The notes under the pieces are model-generated. The model saw nothing but the letters and a program-made list of their open reading frames with translations, was not told the origin of the DNA and searched no databases. A stretch of 64,000 nucleotides of DNA from Clostridia bacterium. Lineage in GTDB: Bacteria; Bacillota; Clostridia; UMGS1840. Below are positions 10,302 through 17,953 of the stretch, piece by piece. Position numbers and translations under genes: made by a program. Position 1 is the first letter of the stretch. Each line of letters opens with the position of its first letter. The stretch lies in NCBI GenBank assembly GCA_045638525.1, contig JAZUBQ010000008.1:13233-77232 (forward strand). The letters run 5' to 3'.

Positions 10302-11129
10302 ATGTATCAGAATTTAGAAGAACTTCAAAAGGAGCAAAAAAATATTCTGGATGCAATTGTGGATATTTGTGACCGGAATCATTTAAGGTATTTCCTGGTA
10401 GCCGGAACCTTGCTGGGTGCTGTTCGTCATCGGGATATTATTCCTTGGGATGATGATGTTGATATTGGTATGCCCAGAAGTGATTATAATAAATTTTTGA
10501 AAATCGCAGGGGATTTGCTGCCTAAGCATTTGTTTGTGCAAACTTATGAAACCGATCCCGAATATATGCAGAATTTTGCCAAGGTGCGAAACAGCGAAAC
10601 CACTCATGTGGAACATCCTGTGAAGCATCTTAAGATGAATCATGGTGTTTATGTGGATATTTTTCCTTATGACGGAGTTCCAAAAGGGTTAAAAATGCAG
10701 TATCTTCACAATAAAAGAATTGTGTTTCAATGTATTTTAATCCGTTATTTTTGGGATACTCCCTATGTGGAGAAAAGTGGTCTCAGGAAGCTTGTGAAGG
10801 GCGTTTTATCTATGTTCACGAACAAGCAGAAATTACAGAGAAAGCTAGATAAAATTTTATCCAAATATGATTATGATAAGTCCGAAACGGTTGGAAGCTT
10901 ATTATCCGGTTATAAAATGAAAACTTATGTTCCGAGGGAAGTGTATGAGGAGGTTATGCCGCTTCCGTTTGGCGAGAAATCCTACCGTTGCCCGAAAAAT
11001 TATGAGGCTGTTTTGATAAAAATTTATCGTGATTATATGCAGCTGCCTCCCGTGGAAAAAAGAGGTGTCCGTCACAATATCGAAATTTCTGACCTGACAA
11101 GAAGTTATCGGGAGTATCTGCAACAATAA
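10302..11129 (+). CDS. LicD-family phosphotransferase (CDP-alcohol-dependent phospho-alcohol transferase), copy 1
   Basis: LAGTLLGAVRHRDIIPWDDDVDIGM and DIFPYD motifs typical of LicD. The ATG at 10302 follows AGAGGGGA; the ORF-track TTG at 10260 is rejected. Confidence 0.85.
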   Translation: MYQNLEELQKEQKNILDAIVDICDRNHLRYFLVAGTLLGAVRHRDIIPWDDDVDIGMPRSDYNKFLKIAGDLLPKHLFVQTYETDPEYMQNFAKVRNSETTHVEHPVKHLKMNHGVYVDIFPYDGVPKGLKMQYLHNKRIVFQCILIRYFWDTPYVEKSGLRKLVKGVLSMFTNKQKLQRKLDKILSKYDYDKSETVGSLLSGYKMKTYVPREVYEEVMPLPFGEKSYRCPKNYEAVLIKIYRDYMQLPPVEKRGVRHNIEISDLTRSYREYLQQ

Positions 11130-11142
11130 AGGTGGTGTGGAG

Positions 11143-12849
11143 ATGTTAAAACAACTGCAAAGCAAGTGGAGAGGGGTGGCTGTGCGGCTTGCAGACAGCA
11201 AGCGAAGCCTCACTTTATTTGGTAAGAACTACGGGGTGACGCTGCCTTTTGTTAAAACAAAAATTGTGAATCCCCCTGCTGTTATCGGAATTTACCCCGA
11301 GGGAGGAGAATCTCAGCTTATCTGGATTGATTTGGACAAACATTCCCACATTTTATCTGCCTATTATAACGAGAACAGCAGATTGCTGCCTTTTATCAAA
11401 AAAATAGGGAATGCTGTGCCCGTGTTTTACACCAAGCATTATCCCACCGCTGTGGAGCTTTTGTTTCGCTTAAAAACAGAGCAGATAACGGATTGCTTTA
11501 TTGCGTCTGACGATTTGGAGATTATCACTGCCTGCTATCAGGAATATTCTCAGGTGGGAAGAGTCTGGTGCGTGCCGGAGAATACAGAACCGGATGCCGT
11601 TGTGAAAACTGCTCATTCTTATCAGGTGAATTTGGTTTGCACCCGGGAGGAATGGTGTAGTGAGCAGGTATTTTATCTGAAGCAACGCTTGATTTCGGTT
11701 TGGCAATTTGCCAAAGAGAACAGTGCTGTTCTACTTCATCATCTGTTCATCAGCGGGTGTCGCGGTATTGTTACCGGGCAGCCGAAGCTGTTGGCAGAAT
11801 TATTGGGCAGGTACAAGGAACTCCCTGCGGTGATTGCACCTCCTGTTATCATCGGGCATCGAGGGATTTCCTCCAACCAAAAATATATGGAAAACACATT
11901 GAGCACTGCGATAGAAAGCGTGAAGCTGGGTGCTAACGTGATTGATATTGATACCCGCCTGACCAAAGACGGCAGACTGATTGCTTTTCACGGTTGGACG
12001 ATTGACAGAATTCTAGAGGGAACCGGAGAGGTTCGTTCCTACACCTTGCAAGAGCTTCAGCAGATGAAATTCCGATATGGATTAAATCCGGAAGAAAAGG
12101 TGCTTCCATTGGAAGAATTTTTTAAGAGGATGCTGGAAGAATTCTCCGGAAAGAAGCTGATGTTCACCTGCGAAATCGGTGGGGATATTGTGGAATCAGT
12201 AGAAAAATTAAAGGAAATTCTGGATGCTTATCCCGTGATGCAGGACAAGCTGATGATTAAATGCAAAAACGGAAGATTCGGGTATGCAGAACTAAAAAAA
12301 CAGCTTCCTTATCTTCCTGTCAGAAACTACATAAACGATGTGATTGCACCGGAAAATGCAAAAAAAGAAACCCTGCTTTCGTTAAATACTGCCTTGCATC
12401 AGAGAAATATTCCCTGGTGCGCAAAATACAGAAAATTTCATAGCGGCCTTTTAAAGCAGCTTCAGCTTCGTGGACACATTATTATTAAGTTGATGCAAAA
12501 CACCGCAGAAAAAGTGAAGAATGATTTGTTTTCAGGAATCGAACTTTTGGTCACAGATGTGAATCTTGCCAAGGAGTTTGCCTATAGCCTGAAAGCGGAA
12601 AGAGAAATTCATCTGAGGCTTGGAGAGTGCATCACTCCTTCCGCTGTGCTGGAAGGTTGTGCAATTTCTCAGGAAACCGTGGCGGATGAAATCGGAATTT
12701 TGGAAAACGAAGCAGTGATTTCGGTATCCAAAGGTCAGGTTCGTGCAATAAAAAAAGGCGTTTGCCATATATATTTGAAAAAGAAAGCCGTTTATCAGGG
12801 AGTGACATATGAGGTGCTCTCCGACGCGGTGAAAATGATTGTAGAATAA
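11143..12849 (+). CDS. Multidomain protein: N-terminal uncharacterised (possibly degenerate GDPD-like) domain + glycerophosphodiester phosphodiesterase (GDPD) domain + C-terminal Big_2-like Ig domain; no signal peptide
   Basis: GDPD signature IIGHRGISS...MENTL...VIDIDTRLTKDGRLIAFHG (HRG codons at 11857-11865) and closing motif GIELLVTD. The C-terminal ~80 aa resemble Big_2 (AVISVSKGQVRAIKKGVCHIYLK). The N-terminus is neither hydrophobic nor secretory. The ATG at 11143 is 7 nt after GGTGG. Confidence 0.7.
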   Translation: MLKQLQSKWRGVAVRLADSKRSLTLFGKNYGVTLPFVKTKIVNPPAVIGIYPEGGESQLIWIDLDKHSHILSAYYNENSRLLPFIKKIGNAVPVFYTKHYPTAVELLFRLKTEQITDCFIASDDLEIITACYQEYSQVGRVWCVPENTEPDAVVKTAHSYQVNLVCTREEWCSEQVFYLKQRLISVWQFAKENSAVLLHHLFISGCRGIVTGQPKLLAELLGRYKELPAVIAPPVIIGHRGISSNQKYMENTLSTAIESVKLGANVIDIDTRLTKDGRLIAFHGWTIDRILEGTGEVRSYTLQELQQMKFRYGLNPEEKVLPLEEFFKRMLEEFSGKKLMFTCEIGGDIVESVEKLKEILDAYPVMQDKLMIKCKNGRFGYAELKKQLPYLPVRNYINDVIAPENAKKETLLSLNTALHQRNIPWCAKYRKFHSGLLKQLQLRGHIIIKLMQNTAEKVKNDLFSGIELLVTDVNLAKEFAYSLKAEREIHLRLGECITPSAVLEGCAISQETVADEIGILENEAVISVSKGQVRAIKKGVCHIYLKKKAVYQGVTYEVLSDAVKMIVE

Positions 12850-12859
12850 GGTGAAAAAG

Positions 12860-13291
12860 ATGGAAAAAAAGTATAAAATCGGTTATACCACGGGGGTGTT
12901 TGACCTGTTCCATATCGGTCACTTAAACATCCTGAAAAAATCCAAGGAGCTGTGTGATTATCTGATTGTTGGGGTATCCACAGACGAATTGGTGCAGGAA
13001 TATAAGAAGAAAACACCTATGATTCCGTTTTCGGAGCGTGTGGCGATTGTGGAAGCTATCAAATATGTGGACAAGGTGGTTCCTCAGACCTCCATGGATA
13101 AATTCAAGGCTTGGGAAGAACTGAAATTTGATGTGATGTTTCACGGAAACGACTGGAAAAATTCCAGTTTGTATAATGAAATGGAAGAAAAATTCCGCAA
13201 TGTTGGAGTAGCTATTGAGTATTTTGAATATACCAAAAACACATCTTCCACAAAGTTGCAAACTGCAATTGCAAAATTGAATGAGCAATAA
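12860..13291 (+). CDS. tagD: Glycerol-3-phosphate cytidylyltransferase (TagD/TarD family), copy 1
   Basis: GYTTGVFDLFHIGHLNILK (HxGH), VGVSTDE, RVAIVEAIKYVD. 143 aa from the ATG at 12860 (RBS AAGGTGA); the GTG at 12851 is an alternative start. Confidence 0.85.
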   Translation: MEKKYKIGYTTGVFDLFHIGHLNILKKSKELCDYLIVGVSTDELVQEYKKKTPMIPFSERVAIVEAIKYVDKVVPQTSMDKFKAWEELKFDVMFHGNDWKNSSLYNEMEEKFRNVGVAIEYFEYTKNTSSTKLQTAIAKLNEQ

Positions 13292-13332
13292 TTGAGTCTC
13301 TTTGTTTCAAAAATGAGTCTGGAGGTGCTCCT

Positions 13333-14883
13333 TTGAGCAAATCTTTAGAGGCACACAGTGCCAAACAAATTAAATTAGGTGCTCTGATTTCTTATCTCAC
13401 CTTAGCCTTTGATATGGTTGCAGGGTTGGTGTATACTCCCTGGATGATTGCTAAAATCGGAGATGCTAACTACGGCTTATACACGCTTTCTGTTACCTTA
13501 ATCGGTATGTTTATGCTGGATTTTGGAATGAGTGCAGCGGTATCCCGTTTTACGTCCAATTATCGTGCAAAAGGTGACCAGGAGAGTATCAATAATTTTT
13601 TAGGTTTAATCTATAAAATTTATATTTTGATTTCTGCCGTCATTTCTGTGATGCTGATTGTCATATACTTTAATATTGGGCAGATTTATGTAAAGTTGAC
13701 ACCAACGGAATTGGATTCCTTACGGATTGTGTTTATGATTTCCGGTTTATCCACTGTGCTTTGCTTCCCTTTCATCACGTTGAATGGGATTTTGGTAGCA
13801 CACGAGAAATTTGTGTACCTTCGTTTTGCAGATTTGCTTAACAAGGTGGCTTCGGTATTTTTCATTGTGGTTGCGCTGTGGTGCGGAATGGGACTGTTTT
13901 CTCTGGTAGCAGTGCACGCTGTGATGAATCTTCTGACTGTAGGAATCAAGCTGCTGGTTGTCAGAAAAAAAACCAGGGTAAAGGTGAATTTTCGGTATTA
14001 TAGCGGAGCTATGCTCAAGGAAATTACCGGCTTTTCCGTTTGGACTACTGTGAAAAGCATCGCTCAGCGATTTATTTTCACCATAATGCCAACTGTTTTA
14101 GGGATCGTGAGTGGCTCTGCAAGTATTGCCATGTTTTCTCTGGCAAGCACTCTTGAGGGCTATGTTTATAAGTTTTCCGAAGCGATTAATGGGATGTTTA
14201 TGCCAAAAATTTCCCGTGCGACCGTGGAAAAAAGTAGCGGAGAAGCAGTTCTTCCTCTGATGATTAAGGTGGGCAGAATTGTGTTGACGGTGATTGGTAT
14301 TATCACGGTTGGCTTCATCACATTGGGGCAACGCTTTATCGGATTATGGCTTGGAGAGGAATATTCCTCTGTGTACTATTGCACAGTGCTTTTGATACTT
14401 CCGGGTATTTTTTATGTGCCTCAGCAAATTGCCAACACTGCGATTGTGGTGCTAAACAAAGTAAAAAGTCAGGGAATTGTGTTTGTAATTGCAGCTGTTA
14501 TCAACATTATACTTTCCTTTTTATTGGGGCGCTTCTGGGGAGAAATCGGATGCGCGGTTTCCATTTGTGCGGTGTATCTGATTCGCACAGTGCTGATGAA
14601 TACTGTGTTTTTGAAGCAACTTAATATCAATGTGTTCAAATTCTTTAAGGATTGCCATTTAAAAATGGCACCCGGATTACTGTTGACATTAGTACTTGGT
14701 TTTTTGATTTCCAGGTTTGTGGTGGTTGCATCAGGTTGGCTCACCTTCTTTATTCAGGTGGCTTTGCTTGCCTCATTCTATGTACTGATTATGTGGCTGA
14801 TCGGGTGGAATCAGTATGAAAAAAATCTGTTTGTATCCATGCTTTGTTCAGTTGCAAAAATCAAAAAGAAACAAAGGAACTAA
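13333..14883 (+). CDS. Wzx-type oligosaccharide flippase (MOP superfamily polysaccharide biosynthesis protein)
   Basis: 516 aa and highly hydrophobic, with about 12-14 predicted TM segments, located inside the polysaccharide operon. The TTG start follows GGAGGTG. Confidence 0.8.
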   Translation: MSKSLEAHSAKQIKLGALISYLTLAFDMVAGLVYTPWMIAKIGDANYGLYTLSVTLIGMFMLDFGMSAAVSRFTSNYRAKGDQESINNFLGLIYKIYILISAVISVMLIVIYFNIGQIYVKLTPTELDSLRIVFMISGLSTVLCFPFITLNGILVAHEKFVYLRFADLLNKVASVFFIVVALWCGMGLFSLVAVHAVMNLLTVGIKLLVVRKKTRVKVNFRYYSGAMLKEITGFSVWTTVKSIAQRFIFTIMPTVLGIVSGSASIAMFSLASTLEGYVYKFSEAINGMFMPKISRATVEKSSGEAVLPLMIKVGRIVLTVIGIITVGFITLGQRFIGLWLGEEYSSVYYCTVLLILPGIFYVPQQIANTAIVVLNKVKSQGIVFVIAAVINIILSFLLGRFWGEIGCAVSICAVYLIRTVLMNTVFLKQLNINVFKFFKDCHLKMAPGLLLTLVLGFLISRFVVVASGWLTFFIQVALLASFYVLIMWLIGWNQYEKNLFVSMLCSVAKIKKKQRN

Positions 14884-14934
14884 GCTTCTTTGACGGTAAA
14901 TAGGTAGTCTATATCAGAAAATAGGGGGATTATT

Positions 14935-15729
14935 ATGAGTGAATATAAAATTGGGGAATATGATATCACGGAAATTCAAGCTGTTATGTTGGAAATTTTA
15001 TCTGAAATTGATAGGATTTGTGTTAAGCATAATATCAAATACATACTCGACGGGGGAACTATGATAGGTGCAGTTCGTCACAATGGCTTTATCCCCTGGG
15101 ATGATGATTTGGATATTGCTATGCTCCGTGATGATTATGAAAAATTGATGGAAGTGTGCAAGACAGAGCTGTCTGACAAATTCATTTGGCATTCTGCAGA
15201 ACTGGAAATCAAACATCCCTTGAATTTTACCAAACTACGGAAAAAAGGGACTGTGTACAAGGAACGGCGCTTTGCCAGTTTAGATGTGGAACAAGGGATC
15301 TTCATTGATATATTCCCCATTGATAACGTTGACCGAAAGAAAATGAAATTCCAATTATCTCTTCTGTCGTTCATTCATATTGTGAAATTCACGAAAATGA
15401 AATTGTATAAAAAGAAAAAACGCATCTTTTTATTCCCCTTTTGTTTGATTCCCAAGAAGACTCTGGATCGTTGGGCAAAAGCTCTTATGACGATGGGAAA
15501 TAAAAAGCATAGTTCTGAGGTTTATAAATTTTGCCATCCTGGAAAAATGAAGCCTGTTTATCCTCGCTCTCTGTATGAAGATGTGATTCGACATCCGTTT
15601 TGCGGAAAGGAATTTTATATTCCGAGGGATTATGATTTATTCTTAAGGGAGCGTTATGGCGATTATATGCAATTGCCGCCTGAAGAGAAGAGAATAATGG
15701 CTCATGGCGTAGTAGAATGTAAACTGTAG
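14935..15729 (+). CDS. LicD-family phosphotransferase, copy 2
   Basis: DGGTMIGAVRHNGFIPWDDDLDIAM and DIFPID motifs. The C-terminal YGDYMQLPPEEKR parallels copy 1 (YRDYMQLPPVEKR). Confidence 0.85.
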   Translation: MSEYKIGEYDITEIQAVMLEILSEIDRICVKHNIKYILDGGTMIGAVRHNGFIPWDDDLDIAMLRDDYEKLMEVCKTELSDKFIWHSAELEIKHPLNFTKLRKKGTVYKERRFASLDVEQGIFIDIFPIDNVDRKKMKFQLSLLSFIHIVKFTKMKLYKKKKRIFLFPFCLIPKKTLDRWAKALMTMGNKKHSSEVYKFCHPGKMKPVYPRSLYEDVIRHPFCGKEFYIPRDYDLFLRERYGDYMQLPPEEKRIMAHGVVECKL

Positions 15730-15744
15730 AAGGGAGCGAATAGA

Positions 15745-16176
15745 ATGTCGGAAAAAAAAGTTGTGGGGTATACGACCGGTGTTTTTGATTTATTCCATAT
15801 TGGACATTTAAATATTTTGAAGGCAGCGAAACAACACTGTGATTACTTAATTGTAGGTGTGAGTACAGATGAATTAGTTCAAAAATATAAAAATAAAACT
15901 CCGGTTATTCCCTATCAGGAACGCAGAGCGATTGTAGAAGCTATCAAGTACGTGGATTTGGTGGTTCCGCAAATCAATCGTGATAAAATGCAGGCTTGGG
16001 AAGAGTATAGATTTGACAGAATGTTTGTTGGCGATGATTGGAAAACAGATGCAATGTTTCAGCAGTTGGAAAAGGATTTTCGTGAAGTAGGGGTGGAAAT
16101 TTGTTACTTTCCTTATACCAAAGGGGTATCTTCTACCATATTAACAGAGGTTTTAAATAAGATACGAAATCAGTAG
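15745..16176 (+). CDS. tagD: Glycerol-3-phosphate cytidylyltransferase (TagD/TarD family), copy 2
   Basis: 143 aa; GYTTGVFDLFHIGHLNILK and VGVSTDELVQKYK are colinear with copy 1. RBS AAGGGAG. Confidence 0.85.
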   Translation: MSEKKVVGYTTGVFDLFHIGHLNILKAAKQHCDYLIVGVSTDELVQKYKNKTPVIPYQERRAIVEAIKYVDLVVPQINRDKMQAWEEYRFDRMFVGDDWKTDAMFQQLEKDFREVGVEICYFPYTKGVSSTILTEVLNKIRNQ

Positions 16177-16206
16177 GTTTTAGAAATATGGAAATTGGAG
16201 CTTGCA

Positions 16207-17427
16207 ATGTTAGAGAAGGCATATTATGACACAATTGAATTATATGCTTCGGGAATGAAAGGGACTCTCCCCGCAGGAGACCGTGTTTATTCGAAAGAAG
16301 AAGTGCAAAGCATTGAAAAAACCGCACGGATGCAAGGCGTTTGGACGGTTTTGTTTGCGGTGCTGAAAAAACTGCATGAAGCAGGCAGATTAGCACCCGA
16401 TATTACCGAGCTTCCCAAGTGGCAGATGGAAATCAACCTGAAAGTGATGGAATATACCCTCCGTCAAGAAGCGATGTACCGCTTTGTGGCGGAAGAACTC
16501 AGTTTTTCCAACCCCATTACCTTAAAAGGAGATATTATTTCTGATTTATATGCAAATCCCGAGCTTCGAATGTCGGGGGATACCGACCTTTTGATTGACC
16601 CCAAGGACGAGGGTGCTGTTTTGGCGGCTTTTCGAAAAGTTGGTGGGGATTATATGCCCCGCGGAGAAAACAACAACCAGGCAGTTTGTGTACATCCCAA
16701 GGCAGGTAAATTTGAAATCCATATTGCATTGGACACCAAAGAAGTGACTGAAGTCTGGTATGATAATTTGGATTTTGGTGCTGAAGAAAAGCGGCAAGTA
16801 CACTTAAAAAACGGGCATACCGTAACAACGCTTGGGATTACCGACGGAGCCATCAATATGGTGCTTCACTTTATGAAGCATTTGATTTCCGGGATTTCGC
16901 ATTTGAAAATGCTGGGCGATTCGTTGTTATATCTATCCCATTATTGGAATGAAATTGACCACAAGCGGGTAGATTCTGTGATGGAACAGTTGGGATACAG
17001 CAAAATGTATCGTACCTTAAAACAACTGGGAAATCAATATTTTGGTTTTTCCAATCTGACAGAGGATGTTAGTTTAGCACAAGAGGCGAAAAATATTTTG
17101 CTGGATATGAACTATTGTGCCGAAAATGAATTTGTGGAGGAAAAATTGACGGCATACGGAGTTTATTCCAAAGCCAGATATGAAAGTTACCATAAGAAAA
17201 ATTATGCAGTTTATAAAAAAGAACTGTCCCGTCGGGAACGTATGGAACGACTGTTCCCGAAAAAGACAGCTCTGTATGGAGATTATCCGATTCTTATGAA
17301 GCAAGGTTGGCTTTTACCGTTGATCTGGGGCGTGCGTGTGTGCCGGAAAGTTTTTGGCAAACAAGTGGTTGTTCCTACTGATAATAATCCAAGATTAGCA
17401 CTGCTTAAGGAGTTGGATTTGCTATGA
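16207..17427 (+). CDS. Uncharacterised protein, probably NTP_transf_5-type (putative nucleotidyltransferase family common in polysaccharide loci)
   Basis: The string LRMSGDTDLLIDPKD resembles the family's D-x-D nucleotidyltransferase core. The assignment is from memory only. The ATG at 16207 follows GGAG; the TTG at 16195 is an alternative start. Confidence 0.45.
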   Translation: MLEKAYYDTIELYASGMKGTLPAGDRVYSKEEVQSIEKTARMQGVWTVLFAVLKKLHEAGRLAPDITELPKWQMEINLKVMEYTLRQEAMYRFVAEELSFSNPITLKGDIISDLYANPELRMSGDTDLLIDPKDEGAVLAAFRKVGGDYMPRGENNNQAVCVHPKAGKFEIHIALDTKEVTEVWYDNLDFGAEEKRQVHLKNGHTVTTLGITDGAINMVLHFMKHLISGISHLKMLGDSLLYLSHYWNEIDHKRVDSVMEQLGYSKMYRTLKQLGNQYFGFSNLTEDVSLAQEAKNILLDMNYCAENEFVEEKLTAYGVYSKARYESYHKKNYAVYKKELSRRERMERLFPKKTALYGDYPILMKQGWLLPLIWGVRVCRKVFGKQVVVPTDNNPRLALLKELDLL

Positions 17428-17906
17428 CAAAGCGAATCGTGTTGATGGTTTTAATTGCTTTGAATCTGGGAACGATTTTCTTTTTTTCACAGCAGACAGG
17501 AGAAAAATCCGGAGCATTAAGTGACGGACTTTCCCGTCAAATTGAAGTACGCGTTCCTAATTATGAAGCTAAAAATCAGGGTGAAAAATATATGCTGCAC
17601 GTTGTTTGGCGTAAGCAGATTCGGCGTTTGGCACATGTTGCGTTGTTTTTGTCTTTGGGCATTTTGGTTTCGTTGCTTTTGTGGGATTACCCGTTTTCGT
17701 GGATTCGTCTTTTGGGAACGACAATTTTTGGAGTGTTGTGTAGCTTTTCTGATGAAATTCATCAGTTGTTTGTTCCCGGAAGAACCTTTCAATGGGGGGA
17801 TATTCAAAACGACCTTGAAGGGTATTTCTTGGGGATGATTATTGGTAGCTTAATTGTTTTTTTCCTCTATCTGTGGAAAAACAAGAGAGTGAGAAAATTG
17901 AGATAA
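17424..17906 (+). CDS. VanZ-family membrane protein
   Basis: About four TM segments and the SDEIHQLFVPGRTFQWGDIQNDLEGY motif typical of VanZ-like proteins. The start overlaps the upstream stop (ATGA). Confidence 0.7.
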   Translation: MTKRIVLMVLIALNLGTIFFFSQQTGEKSGALSDGLSRQIEVRVPNYEAKNQGEKYMLHVVWRKQIRRLAHVALFLSLGILVSLLLWDYPFSWIRLLGTTIFGVLCSFSDEIHQLFVPGRTFQWGDIQNDLEGYFLGMIIGSLIVFFLYLWKNKRVRKLR

Positions 17907-17951
17907 AAAAAGGCTGTAGCAAAATCAAAAATATTTTGCTACAGCCTTTTT
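17905..17951. terminator. Bidirectional rho-independent terminator between convergent vanZ-like gene and spoIID
   Basis: AAAAAAGGCTGTAGCAAAAT / ATTTTGCTACAGCCTTTTTT is a perfect long stem flanked by an A-tract and a T-tract. Confidence 0.85.
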
Positions 17952-17953
17952 TG

